A model generated the notes under the pieces. The model was not told where the DNA came from. It did no database searches and worked only from the letters and a program-made list of their open reading frames with translations. A stretch of DNA of 64,000 nt. Origin: Eubacteriales bacterium (GTDB taxonomy: Bacteria > Bacillota > Clostridia > Oscillospirales > CAG-272). Both the position numbers and the translations under genes were made by a program. The number at the start of each line of letters is the position of its first letter. Positions within the stretch are counted from its first letter, which is position 1. The stretch covers positions 17,473 through 81,472 of the forward strand of contig JAXEKG010000007.1 of NCBI GenBank assembly GCA_034101145.1, given 5' to 3'. Positions 19,781 through 29,892 of this stretch are shown in pieces.

Positions 19781-20035
19781 TTAATAGCCCATTTCCTTTA
19801 GATCTTTATCAATTTCTGCAAATTCTTCTGGACTACTGACTTCCCAGGTTGAATCATTACAATAGCGACAATAATATGCTTTTCTGTCGCGCATTCTGTG
19901 ACAATACGGACATTCCACTAAATCATCCTCACCGCTATCTTTAGATGTTCTGTGATGACACAAGGAACAATAAATGGTATCATCCTCATCCCAAAGGCTA
20001 CTTTCGTTAGTGTTCCCACAGTTTGCACATTTCAT
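19781..20035 (-). CDS. Double zinc-ribbon protein
   Basis: Four CxxC pairs; AAGGAG RBS. Confidence 0.7.
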   Translation of the reverse strand: MKCANCGNTNESSLWDEDDTIYCSLCHHRTSKDSGEDDLVECPYCHRMRDRKAYYCRYCNDSTWEVSSPEEFAEIDKDLKEMGY

Positions 20036-20105
20036 AATAAACTCTCCTTCATCATTAAAGGAAAGGCAATATCATTCCGAAAGAACGGTTTGATATTGCC
20101 TTTAT

Positions 20106-20915
20106 CTATTTCATGAGCGTCCTATATGCCAACGGGGACATCCCTTCCTTTTTTTTGAATATTCGGGAGAAGTATAGTTGATCAACGCATCCAATCGAAG
20201 CGGCTATTTCCTTAATGCTTACATTGGTTTTACCTAAAAGTCTCTTTGCGTTTTCCATCCTCTTATCTATCAAATATTCTTTCGGTGCAATTCCGTATTT
20301 CTGTGCGAATTTCCTTGTGAGATACGCAGCGTTCACATGCAAGGTGTTGGAAATTTCACGCACAGTAAGATTTCTTTCGAAATTATAATCAATAATTTTC
20401 TTCGCACTCTCAGCTATATCATAATTGGATTGTTTTGGAGACCTTTGCAATAATAACGAAAAGAATCTGTAAATCAGCTCTATTTGCTTGCACCGAAAAT
20501 ACTCCGTCCTATAATTATTTATTTGATACAACTCTTCAAGCACTTGCTCCATCTCATAATATTTCTCAATACGGATAATAGGATGATCTCCGTCAACCGC
20601 CAGTTCTCTCATGTAAAACTCTACAGTTCGTCCATATAAGCCAACCCACTGAATACTCCACGGTGTGTCTGCTGTATAATGGATTCTTTCACCGGGACAC
20701 ATTACGAGCATATCACGAGCCTTCAATTTTATTGTCCCGCTTCTGTGAAAAAAAGAAGCTTCTCCTTTATTTATCAACACAAAAAGATAATAATTCCGTA
20801 TTTCGGGACCGTAAACATGATTGAGCGTGTTTATTCTTTTTCCGCAATAATACATTCCTATGTCCGTGTTTTTGTAAAGATCACTTTCCGTTTGAAAAAG
20901 TGTCGTATCCTTCAT
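20106..20915 (-). CDS. AraC family regulator
   Basis: AraC-binding N-domain; C-terminal 'SIKEIAASIGCVDQLYFSRIFKKKEGMSPLAYR'. Confidence 0.93.
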   Translation of the reverse strand: MKDTTLFQTESDLYKNTDIGMYYCGKRINTLNHVYGPEIRNYYLFVLINKGEASFFHRSGTIKLKARDMLVMCPGERIHYTADTPWSIQWVGLYGRTVEFYMRELAVDGDHPIIRIEKYYEMEQVLEELYQINNYRTEYFRCKQIELIYRFFSLLLQRSPKQSNYDIAESAKKIIDYNFERNLTVREISNTLHVNAAYLTRKFAQKYGIAPKEYLIDKRMENAKRLLGKTNVSIKEIAASIGCVDQLYFSRIFKKKEGMSPLAYRTLMK

Positions 20916-21045
20916 GGCTTTCCCCTTCAAACCTCTTTTTATCAAAAATAGTATATCACAAAAAGTCAAAAAAGTCCATATAATAATCAAATTTGTTTAT
21001 TGGAAGATAAAAAGCCCGATGCTATAATAAAATGCGGAGGTTACA

Positions 21046-21903
21046 ATGAATATTTTAATCATTTTTTCTCTCTGCTTTCTTGCTACGGCGAAGGTTACCC
21101 TGCAAAGTCGTTTCGGAAAACGAACCTTATCGACCAAAACCGACGGTATTATTTTTAACGCTTTGGTATTTTTAACGGCTGCCATCCTTTTTGGCGCTGA
21201 TATTCCCAACGCCTCTTTGGCGATTTGGCTTTTTTCAGGCGGTTTTGCGGTGTTTACCGTCATATTTCAGTTATCCTACACCAATGCATTATCACAAGGA
21301 AACGTGTCCCTGACCGTGATGATGGTAAATCTGAGTATGCTTTTTCCAGTGCTTACCTCGGTCATCTTCTACCATGAAAGATTGACTCATGCCCGCATCA
21401 TCGGAATTGCGTTCATCGTTTTATCTTTTTTGCTTTGCGTCGATGTCGGAGACAAGAAAACCGTGTCACGCTCCTGGCTCATCCTTACGGTTCTGGCAAC
21501 TTTGGCAAACGGTAGCATTGGGATTACGCAAAAAGTATTTGGTGCATCGAGATTTCATACCGAAAAGAAGGCGTTCGTGGCATGCTCATACCTATTGGCG
21601 TTTATCATAACATTTACAATATATGCGGTAAGCCGCCTGAAGGGCAAGGAAACATCCGCTCACAGAAAAGCTCCGACCTATCTCTTTTCCATATCTGTCG
21701 GAATTATTCTTGCCATTTTCCAATTGCTCAACACATACGCCATATCCGTAATTGACGGTTCATTTTTGTTTCCCGTATATTCAGGAGGCTCCATCATTCT
21801 TTCAACATTGGTTGGCGTTTTGTTCTTTAAAGACAAGTTGACTGTCAAGCAAACAATCAGCATAATAATCGGAATAATTGCCGTGATTATAATGAATTTA
21901 TAA
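21046..21903 (+). CDS. EamA/DMT family transporter
   Basis: About 10 hydrophobic segments; 'FYHERLT' and 'LFFKDKLT' repeat ends. Confidence 0.85.
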   Translation: MNILIIFSLCFLATAKVTLQSRFGKRTLSTKTDGIIFNALVFLTAAILFGADIPNASLAIWLFSGGFAVFTVIFQLSYTNALSQGNVSLTVMMVNLSMLFPVLTSVIFYHERLTHARIIGIAFIVLSFLLCVDVGDKKTVSRSWLILTVLATLANGSIGITQKVFGASRFHTEKKAFVACSYLLAFIITFTIYAVSRLKGKETSAHRKAPTYLFSISVGIILAIFQLLNTYAISVIDGSFLFPVYSGGSIILSTLVGVLFFKDKLTVKQTISIIIGIIAVIIMNL

Positions 21904-21919
21904 TATAAGAGGAGGACTT

Positions 21920-23080
21920 ATGTGCGACAATATGTTATCAAATTTTCCCGGTTTGAGTGGAGAAAACAATGAATTTATAAGAGGAGGACTTATGTACGAC
22001 AATATTTTATCAGATTTTCCACGTTTGAGCGGAGAGAACAGTGATTCGCCACGACTTCAACGAGCGATTGACGCCACGGAAAATGGAATATTGATGATTC
22101 CCAAGGGGGACTATGAAATCACCGAAACACTGCATATCACAAATAGATGCTCACTGGATATGCATCCGGCGGCGCGACTGATAGCGAAAGCGGAAATGGA
22201 CTTTGTGGTAGAGTACAATTCCAACAAAAACTACCACGTGCTCACCCTTTTCAATGATGACGGAAGCGTTTACGACAATCTCGGTCTTTTTATTCGCGGC
22301 GGCGATATTGAGGGAAACGGGCTGGCAAGCTGTCTTGCCATTACAAACGCTCATCACTTTACTCTGACGAACACAGCGCTTCATAACGGAAAACTATACG
22401 GATTGTGCATCGGCGGAGTTAGGGGCGGACATATTTATGAGCTTGTTTGCAACAATGTTTATTGCAAGTGTACCATGAAGGGTCTTGCCGGAAATATCGG
22501 AATTTTTTCCGATCGGCACGATTCTCATTTTAACGACTGCTTTGTCATAGACTACACCGTAGGAATGCGTATACTCGGAGGTTCGAATCGTATCACTCGC
22601 TGTCACCTATGGGGCGGTACCGTTCCTCCCAAAAGAATCTCCGTGAAGGAATGGTCAGATATATACGGGGCACGAAAAACTAACAGCGGCGTTTACAAGG
22701 ATACTAAAGAGCAGTATCAAAATGAAGTTCCGGAAATGCTTATTGACTCCATCGCGTTTGATATTCAAGGTGGATATAATGTCCTTGACGGTTGTTATGC
22801 CGACACCGCTGAAACAGGATACTTGATTGGAAATTACACAAGAATGATTAACTGCGACTTTTACAACAACAAGCTGATGGGATTGAAGAAATCAACTGCA
22901 ATCAAGCACGTCAAGGGACATCTGGCCGTTATTTCCTGTGCTTTCAGAGGAACGGTAGGAACAGAGATTTTATATGAAGCAACGACGGAGAATGAGAAAA
23001 CCGTGGAATGGGTTGCCAGCATTGCAAGCGGCGGGGAAGGAATGAAAGTGAAATTTCCCATTGAATCTGCGACGAAATAA
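21920..23080 (+). CDS. Pectin-lyase-like parallel beta-helix protein (alternative start 21992)
   Basis: 'DSPRLQRAIDA...LMIPKGDYEITETL' N-terminal motif typical of pectate_lyase_3/GH28-related proteins. Confidence 0.72.
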   Translation: MCDNMLSNFPGLSGENNEFIRGGLMYDNILSDFPRLSGENSDSPRLQRAIDATENGILMIPKGDYEITETLHITNRCSLDMHPAARLIAKAEMDFVVEYNSNKNYHVLTLFNDDGSVYDNLGLFIRGGDIEGNGLASCLAITNAHHFTLTNTALHNGKLYGLCIGGVRGGHIYELVCNNVYCKCTMKGLAGNIGIFSDRHDSHFNDCFVIDYTVGMRILGGSNRITRCHLWGGTVPPKRISVKEWSDIYGARKTNSGVYKDTKEQYQNEVPEMLIDSIAFDIQGGYNVLDGCYADTAETGYLIGNYTRMINCDFYNNKLMGLKKSTAIKHVKGHLAVISCAFRGTVGTEILYEATTENEKTVEWVASIASGGEGMKVKFPIESATK

Positions 23081-23125
23081 TTAAACAGATGACTGCACGG
23101 TAAGGGACTGAGTCAAGCACGGACT

Positions 23126-23245
23126 AATTTCGAATTGACCGCCAACCTATACAAAAATCACCCGCTGTCCTTTATTGACAGCGAGTGATTTTTTGCTTGA
23201 TGTGTATGAAGGGAGTAAGCAAAAATTTTTATTTGACATAGTCTA
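23126..23245 (+). repeat. Dispersed ~115-bp repeat, copy 1, containing a terminator hairpin
   Basis: Matches the reverse complement of 54113-54232; core aatcacccgctgtc...gacagcgagtgatttttt. Confidence 0.85.
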
Positions 23246-23365
23246 TTTTTTCAAAATATACTATTTGCCCATGCTTTGCTTGCAAAAACGCAGGTCTTGT
23301 CTGTCACATCGGGCTTACGTGAAATGTGCGGCAACGGAATGGAACGTCGCTTGCGCCATTTAGCT

Positions 23366-24190
23366 TTACGGATTATTCTTTCTTCCCCTTAAAACCTGTT
23401 CGAATTTTACGCCGTAGCGATGGGATGGGTCGCCGTCGGTACACTTTATGCAGTCGATTACGAAATCTACCCCGCGTTGCAGTATCTTTTCAAGAGGGTC
23501 TGCGTTCATCAGTCCTGCAACCGCAACCGATGAAAATATATCACCCGTTCCGTGATAGCTTATCGGCTGTTTTTCGCCAAAGGCTTGGGTCAGCTTACCG
23601 TTTTCCAAACCTACGGCACCTATTCGGTTATCGCCATATTCAACGCCCGTAATGACTGGCATTTTCGCGCCGAGACGAACAAGTCCGTTCAACAATGCGG
23701 AAATATACTCTTCGTCGTAATTTTCCCGATACTCTGTGCCCGTAAGCAAACATGCTTCGGTTATGTTCGGCAATACTACGTCGGCGACTTTCACGATATT
23801 GCGCATACCGTCGACTATATCGTTGTTGAGAGCAACGTATAATTTTCCGTTGTCAGCCATAGCGGGGTCTACAACGAACATACCGCTTTTGTCGAGCAGG
23901 TTTTCTTTTGCCCTCAATATCGTTTCAAACTGCCGACAATCACCTATATAACCCGTATATATGCACCCAAACGTAATATTTTCGCTTTGCCAATGCGCTA
24001 CGATACCGTCTAAATCTTCCGTTAAATCCCTTACGGTGAAATTCTTGAAACCGCCGGTATGAGTGGAAAGAATTGCAGAAGGCAGAATTGCCGTTTCGTA
24101 ACCGAACGCCGAAAGAATAGGCAAGGCTACGGTTAAAGAACACTGACCATAGCATGAAATGTCCTGTACCGATAATATTTTATTGTTCAT
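23366..24190 (-). CDS. pdxK: Pyridoxal/pyridoxamine kinase
   Basis: 'QDISCYGQCSLTVALPILS', 'LSTHTGGF', 'VDPAMADNG', 'HGTGDIF'. Confidence 0.9.
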   Translation of the reverse strand: MNNKILSVQDISCYGQCSLTVALPILSAFGYETAILPSAILSTHTGGFKNFTVRDLTEDLDGIVAHWQSENITFGCIYTGYIGDCRQFETILRAKENLLDKSGMFVVDPAMADNGKLYVALNNDIVDGMRNIVKVADVVLPNITEACLLTGTEYRENYDEEYISALLNGLVRLGAKMPVITGVEYGDNRIGAVGLENGKLTQAFGEKQPISYHGTGDIFSSVAVAGLMNADPLEKILQRGVDFVIDCIKCTDGDPSHRYGVKFEQVLRGRKNNP

Positions 24191-25896
24191 ATTTTTTCCT
24201 TTTTGAATACAACCGTTACGGTTGTGCCTAAACCTAAATCGCTTTCTATTGAAAGTTCGGCGTGGTGTAAAGCGCAAATATGTTTTACTATGGCGAGTCC
24301 CAAACCGGTTCCTCCCGTCTTTTTGGAACGTGACTTATCTACACGATAAAACCTTTCGCAAAGCCTGGGTATGTTTTCCTTTTCTATACCGATACCCGTA
24401 TCCGCCACTTTTAACCGCACCGTGTTGCCTTCATCGGAAATACTTATGTTTATTTCTCCGTTTTCCTTATTATAGCTTATCGCATTACTGCAAAGATTTT
24501 CTATAAGCTCGTAAATCTTTTTGCCGTCTCCGACGATAACTCCATTCCCCGAAACGCCTGCGGAGATTCCTTTTTCTGCAATTTTAGATGAGAGTTCATT
24601 TAATACTTCGTTTGCGATTTCTTTCAAATCGACTGAAGTCATAACTGCGTCCGCGTTTTCACCGTTTTCCAATCGGCTTAATTTTAGCATATCGGAAATA
24701 AGAGAGGCCAGGCGAACGCTCTCCTTGTGTATCCTTTCCACTTGTTTTTTCGATGAGTCGTCCAAGTCTTTTTCCAGCAAAAGTTCGGATAAACCCTGCA
24801 TAACGGCAACGGGCGTTTTCAGTTCGTGCGACGCATTGGTAAAGAAATCGCTCTTTTGCTTAGCCATTTGCTTTTCTTGTGTAATATCAGTCAGGATTAC
24901 TATTGAGCGCACTCCGTCCGAGAAACTTATGCCGTCAATTTTTTTGATTACAAGCAAAAGCTCTTTGTTATTATAGGTACATTCCACAGAATAGTTTTCG
25001 CCCAGATGCTCGGATATCTTTTCGCAGAAGGGCAAATCGTCGATAATATAAATAAAATCTTTTCCCAAAGGGTTTTCTTCATAACCGAATATTTTTAACA
25101 GACTGTGGTTTGCAAAAATCACTTTTTTGTTTTCGTCGACTGCGAGTATACCCTGAGAAATGTTCTCAAGCACGCTTGTCAGCTTTTTATGCTCGTCGTT
25201 GACCTGTTCGATATAATGAAGCGTGCTTGCGTTCAGTTCGTTGATTTGGTTTAACACCGAATACAATTCGGGTTCTTTCGAATTTGTTGCAATGGGTATA
25301 TAGTTACCTTCGTTAAGACTTTTCAAGCTGTCGCTGACCTCTGTTATTTTGCCTGCAATCTTTTTGGACAGAAGCTCGGAAAATATCAATGAGCACACCA
25401 ACGCAACGATGAATACGCATATGAATATAGGTAAAGCAACGTCGAGATAATCGCTTATCTGACTGCTTTTTACTGCCATTCGCAATACGATTTCGGTATT
25501 ATCGTCAAGCTGAGTTTTCATTGCATAATAAGTCATTTCGCATCCGAACGTTTCGGAATATCTCTCCACCGCTTTCGGTGAGTTATTGATTGCGTTTCTT
25601 ATCTCTTCGCGGTCTATATGATTTTCCAAAGTTGCTTTCGTATCACTTTCGAAAAGAACGTTGCCCTCTGAATCTATGACCGTGATACGGAAAGCGTCGT
25701 TGTTATAATATTGATTAAAGATATTAAAATCGTCGGTTGAGCGAAGAAGAGAACAAGCAAGCTTGGTTTCTTCCTCAAGACGTTCCCTTACAATGCTTTT
25801 CGAGTTCTGAACCATGGCTATTATGCCGCAAACGAACATGATTGCGACGCAGAGAACGGTAATTACGAATATTTGTAAAAAGGTTTTCTTTTTCAT
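24187..25896 (-). CDS. phoR: Phosphate regulon sensor kinase
   Basis: Two TM segments, PAS, 'NASHELKTP', 'ERFYRVDKSRS..GGTGLGLAIVKH'; pst context. Confidence 0.92.
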   Translation of the reverse strand: MKKKTFLQIFVITVLCVAIMFVCGIIAMVQNSKSIVRERLEEETKLACSLLRSTDDFNIFNQYYNNDAFRITVIDSEGNVLFESDTKATLENHIDREEIRNAINNSPKAVERYSETFGCEMTYYAMKTQLDDNTEIVLRMAVKSSQISDYLDVALPIFICVFIVALVCSLIFSELLSKKIAGKITEVSDSLKSLNEGNYIPIATNSKEPELYSVLNQINELNASTLHYIEQVNDEHKKLTSVLENISQGILAVDENKKVIFANHSLLKIFGYEENPLGKDFIYIIDDLPFCEKISEHLGENYSVECTYNNKELLLVIKKIDGISFSDGVRSIVILTDITQEKQMAKQKSDFFTNASHELKTPVAVMQGLSELLLEKDLDDSSKKQVERIHKESVRLASLISDMLKLSRLENGENADAVMTSVDLKEIANEVLNELSSKIAEKGISAGVSGNGVIVGDGKKIYELIENLCSNAISYNKENGEINISISDEGNTVRLKVADTGIGIEKENIPRLCERFYRVDKSRSKKTGGTGLGLAIVKHICALHHAELSIESDLGLGTTVTVVFKKEKI

Positions 25897-26558
25897 TTAT
25901 TCTCAAAGCGATAACCGATACCGCGAACGGTAACGATGCAGTCTCCTCCTCCCGACTGTTTTATTTTTTCACGAATAGTGGCGACGTGAACATCGAGCGT
26001 TCTCGTTTCGCCCATATAGTTTTCTCCCCAGACTTCACGGAACAATTCATCTCGGGTAACCGTTATGCCCGCTTTACCGATAAGCAGCTTCAAAAGAGTG
26101 AACTCTTTTATCGTAAGCCCCAGATCCTTATCGTTATAAAAGGCTTTGTATTGATTGTTATCTATTACAAAACCGTCGACGTCGGTAACGTAAAGCTTGG
26201 CACGACGCAAATTGGTTTTAACTCTGGCCAAAAGCTCGAGAATGGAAAAAGGCTTTGCCATATAATCGTCCGCGCCCTTATTCAATCCTTTTACAAAGCT
26301 GATTTCGTCGGACTTTGCACTCACGCAAATGACGGGTACTTTTTCATCCTTTTCCCTTATTTTCGAAAGAACGGTAAAGCCGTCCATTTCGGGAAGCATA
26401 ATGTCCAGAATAATCAAGTCGGGTTTCTTAACATTAAAAACTTCAAGAAAGTCTTTGCCGTTGCCGAAAATTCTCGTTTGATAATTTTCTTCAAATGCGC
26501 CCTCGTAAACCTCTTGCATTCCCTCGTCGTCTTCCACGACGTAAATCAACTCTTTCAT
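25893..26558 (-). CDS. phoP: OmpR-family response regulator PhoP/PhoB
   Basis: 'LDIMLP', 'GADDYMAKPF', 'TRTLDVHV', 'TVRGIGY'. Confidence 0.9.
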   Translation of the reverse strand: MKELIYVVEDDEGMQEVYEGAFEENYQTRIFGNGKDFLEVFNVKKPDLIILDIMLPEMDGFTVLSKIREKDEKVPVICVSAKSDEISFVKGLNKGADDYMAKPFSILELLARVKTNLRRAKLYVTDVDGFVIDNNQYKAFYNDKDLGLTIKEFTLLKLLIGKAGITVTRDELFREVWGENYMGETRTLDVHVATIREKIKQSGGGDCIVTVRGIGYRFENK

Positions 26559-27211
26559 CAGAATTTTTTGTGTACTCCCGTTTCATTATATTTTGTCCAT
26601 TCGGCAACGTTTACCGAATGGTCACCTATTCGCTCCAGATACTTGGCAACCATCATAAGCTCGATTGCCTGATCACCGTTTTCGCTGTCTTTTTTTATCA
26701 GTTCGATGAGTTCATTTTTGGTTTCCAAAAACATCTCGTCCATTTTGTCATCGAGTTTGATTACCTCGTCGGCAAGCTCCTGATTGTCGCATATAAACGA
26801 ATTTACGCTTTCTCTTACCATTTTTACCGCAAGTTTGCCCATAGCCGTAATCGTTTCTAAATTATTTATATATTTATTTCCGGGCATAGTATAAACCAAA
26901 TCCCCGATATCGCTCGCCTGGTCTCCGAAGCGCTCTATATCAGTTATCATTTTCAGCGCGGTGGAAACCTCTCTGAAGTCTTTTGCCACGGGTTGCTGCT
27001 TCAGTAGAATTCGCATACAGCGTTTTTCGATATCCATTTCATATTCATCCACTCGTTTGTCTGCTTCGCCTATGCTCTTTCCGAGGTCTCTGTCGTGATT
27101 GATGAGCGCGACGATGGCGTTGTCTATCATTTGCTCGGTAAGGCGGCACATCTCTACGAGTTTTGTTTTTAATTCGTCGAGTTCTTCTTCGAACAGTTTT
27201 CTTATCGACAT
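26558..27211 (-). CDS. phoU: Phosphate signalling protein PhoU
   Basis: 'QQPVAKDFR', 'DIERFGD', 'YLERIGDH'. Confidence 0.95.
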   Translation of the reverse strand: MSIRKLFEEELDELKTKLVEMCRLTEQMIDNAIVALINHDRDLGKSIGEADKRVDEYEMDIEKRCMRILLKQQPVAKDFREVSTALKMITDIERFGDQASDIGDLVYTMPGNKYINNLETITAMGKLAVKMVRESVNSFICDNQELADEVIKLDDKMDEMFLETKNELIELIKKDSENGDQAIELMMVAKYLERIGDHSVNVAEWTKYNETGVHKKF

Positions 27212-27269
27212 TCCTTTTCTCCTTACATTATATATTATTTCGACAATAAAATCAACGGCTGAATAATTA

Positions 27270-28049
27270 TTATCCGAATCGGCCCGTAATATATCTTTCG
27301 GTACGTTCGTCTTTTGGGGATGTGAATATATCGTCGGTATTACCGTATTCGATAAGTTCTCCCAGCAAAAAGAAAGCGGTTTTATCGGCTATTCTGGTTG
27401 CCTGTTGCATATTGTGCGTTACGATTACGATAGTAACGTGTTCTTTGAGTTCGTCCATCAACTCTTCGATTTTACCTGTGGAAATAGGATCGAGGGCGGA
27501 CGTAGGTTCGTCCATTAAAAGAATTTTCGGATTTACAGCCAAAGAACGTGCTATGCAAAGTCTTTGCTGTTGTCCTCCGGAAAGTCCCGTTGCCGACTTA
27601 TTTAACCTGTCTTTAAGCTCGTCCCACATAGCAGATTTACGAAGCGATTTTTCTACGATTTCATCAAGAGCGGAACGTTTTGTGATTCCGAACGTTCTCG
27701 GTCCGTATGCGATATTGTCGTATACGCTCATGGGAAACGGGTTCGGCTTCTGAAAGACCATGCCGACGTTTTTTCGAAGCTCGTTTACGTCAATCTTGCC
27801 GTAAATATCTATGTCGCCCACGTAAAATTCTCCCGTTATCCTGCAACCCTCAACCAAGTCGTTCATACGGTTAAAGCATTTCAAAAAGGTGGATTTTCCG
27901 CATCCGGAAGGCCCGATAAAGGCCGTTACCTGTTTTTCGGGAATATTTATGGATATATCCTTGATTGCCTGAAAATCTCCGTACCAAAGGTTAGAGTTTT
28001 TTACGGATATATTACCACCGAAAACAGCGCTTTGTTCTGTAGTTTTCAT
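27270..28049 (-). CDS. pstB: Phosphate ABC transporter ATPase
   Basis: 'GPSGCGKST', 'FQKPNPFP', '[13 protein letters not shown]', 'YITGRFG'. Confidence 0.96.
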   Translation of the reverse strand: MKTTEQSAVFGGNISVKNSNLWYGDFQAIKDISINIPEKQVTAFIGPSGCGKSTFLKCFNRMNDLVEGCRITGEFYVGDIDIYGKIDVNELRKNVGMVFQKPNPFPMSVYDNIAYGPRTFGITKRSALDEIVEKSLRKSAMWDELKDRLNKSATGLSGGQQQRLCIARSLAVNPKILLMDEPTSALDPISTGKIEELMDELKEHVTIVIVTHNMQQATRIADKTAFFLLGELIEYGNTDDIFTSPKDERTERYITGRFG

Positions 28050-29891
28050 TTATTTACTCCCTTGTAGTTTTTTATTAAGTCCGCCCGATAAAAGCGAAGC
28101 CAGAAGATTCAGCCCCAACACCAGAACAATCAGAACGACTGCCGTTGCATAGGCTTCGTTAACGTACCAGCCTTCGCCCGAAAGTCTGTAGAGAGCTACG
28201 GCAAGAGTGGCGTTGCTGTCCAAATATCCGCTCGGCATTGCCGATATAACAGACCCCATCGTATAAATAAACGGGGCTGATTCTGAGATTACTCTGCCCA
28301 TACTGAGTATGACAGCCGAAGTGATACCCGGCAGAGCCGAAGGCAAAACCACCTTGAATATCGTGCGCAGTTTTCCGGCTCCGAGCGCAAGGCTACATTC
28401 CCGCAAGCCATCCGGAACCGATTTGAGGCTTTCTTCCACCGAACGCACTATCGTGGGAAGGAGCATCAAACTGATAGTCAGCGAACCTGCCAGAATCGAG
28501 CTCGTTCCTCCAATCAGGGCAACAAAAGTTATCATACCGAAAAGTCCGTACACGATAGAAGGAACTCCGTTCAAAAGGTCAATGGCACCACGTATTGTTC
28601 TTATGAAAATATTTTTTTTCTTCGCATATTCGTTCAGGAATATCGCCGTGCAAATGCCGATAGGTACGGCGATAATCAAGCTTAAAAACACAGTCATCAA
28701 TGTAGTTATCACCGACGGCAATATCGTGATTCTTTCACTGTTGAACTCATATTCGCCAAATAACAAATATGGATGTCCGAACAAATACGGAGCGCCTTTG
28801 ACAAAGATGAATCCGACCACAAGGAAAAGAGCAATCCCTGCAAATATGCCCGAAACTACGCTTGAAGCCGCACCTATTTTCGCCGTTTTAATTTTGTATT
28901 TGAAAGCATATAAGCAATCTTTTATCTTATCCGGAAGCACAAAGATACGCGTATTGTCTTTGCCTTTGAAAAGTTTATTTAACAACCCTTTTCCGTCGGA
29001 TGCTTGTTTCAGAGCACGCTTGGAAATAACGGTGAAAATGCAGTTTACGATAAGAATGAAAAACAACAGAATTACGCCCGTTGCTACAAGAGCGCCCTGT
29101 TGCACTTCACCGGCGTAACCCATTTCCATGACAATATTTGCCGTAAGAACGCGAAAACTGTTAAACAGCGAAGAAGGATATGCGACAGAATTGCCTGCCA
29201 CCATTACGACAGCCATCGTTTCACCCAAAGCGCGCCCGATTCCCAAAACAAGCGAGGCGGTTATTCCCGATTTCGCCGCCTTGGTAACCGTCCCGAATAC
29301 AGCTTCCGAATGGTTAGCCCCGAGCGCAAGAGCACCTTCGTAATAGGTTTTTGGTACGGCTTGCATACTCGTTGAAGAGAGGGAAACTACGGTTGGTAAA
29401 ATCATAATTCCCAAAATGAGCGATGTTGCCAGAAGACCGCTTCCGTTATTCGGTGCTATTTTTGCAAGCAAAGGAAGAAGAAAGACAATACCGAAGAATC
29501 CGTAAACGACCGACGGTATGCCCGCAAGCAAATCAATCATTACGGAAAACGGTTTTTTTAATTTTTTCGGGCAATAAAACACGATAAAAACGGCGGTAAA
29601 ATAACCTATTATTCCGCCGATTAACAGTGCGCCTGCCGTTGCGGCAAGCGTTCCGAAAATCATTTTGAGCACGCCGTAAGAGCCCGAAAGCATTGCGTCA
29701 TCGTATTTATCCAATCTGTCCGGTGACCAATTATCGCCGAACAAAAAGTTGAAAAATCCAATTTTATTTAATGCGGGCAAACTCTTTATCAGCATGAAAG
29801 CGAATATGGCAATAACGGCGATTACGCATATAACCGCCGCCGTTGCAAATACTGTTTGTCCGGTTTTTTCTTTGAATCTGGTTTTATTCAT
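28050..29891 (-). CDS. Fused PstC-PstA phosphate permease
   Basis: Two permease domains: 'LAGIPSVVYG...RALGETMAV' and 'LNGVPSIVYG...RVISESAP'. Confidence 0.92.
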   Translation of the reverse strand: MNKTRFKEKTGQTVFATAAVICVIAVIAIFAFMLIKSLPALNKIGFFNFLFGDNWSPDRLDKYDDAMLSGSYGVLKMIFGTLAATAGALLIGGIIGYFTAVFIVFYCPKKLKKPFSVMIDLLAGIPSVVYGFFGIVFLLPLLAKIAPNNGSGLLATSLILGIMILPTVVSLSSTSMQAVPKTYYEGALALGANHSEAVFGTVTKAAKSGITASLVLGIGRALGETMAVVMVAGNSVAYPSSLFNSFRVLTANIVMEMGYAGEVQQGALVATGVILLFFILIVNCIFTVISKRALKQASDGKGLLNKLFKGKDNTRIFVLPDKIKDCLYAFKYKIKTAKIGAASSVVSGIFAGIALFLVVGFIFVKGAPYLFGHPYLLFGEYEFNSERITILPSVITTLMTVFLSLIIAVPIGICTAIFLNEYAKKKNIFIRTIRGAIDLLNGVPSIVYGLFGMITFVALIGGTSSILAGSLTISLMLLPTIVRSVEESLKSVPDGLRECSLALGAGKLRTIFKVVLPSALPGITSAVILSMGRVISESAPFIYTMGSVISAMPSGYLDSNATLAVALYRLSGEGWYVNEAYATAVVLIVLVLGLNLLASLLSGGLNKKLQGSK

Positions 29892-29892
29892 A

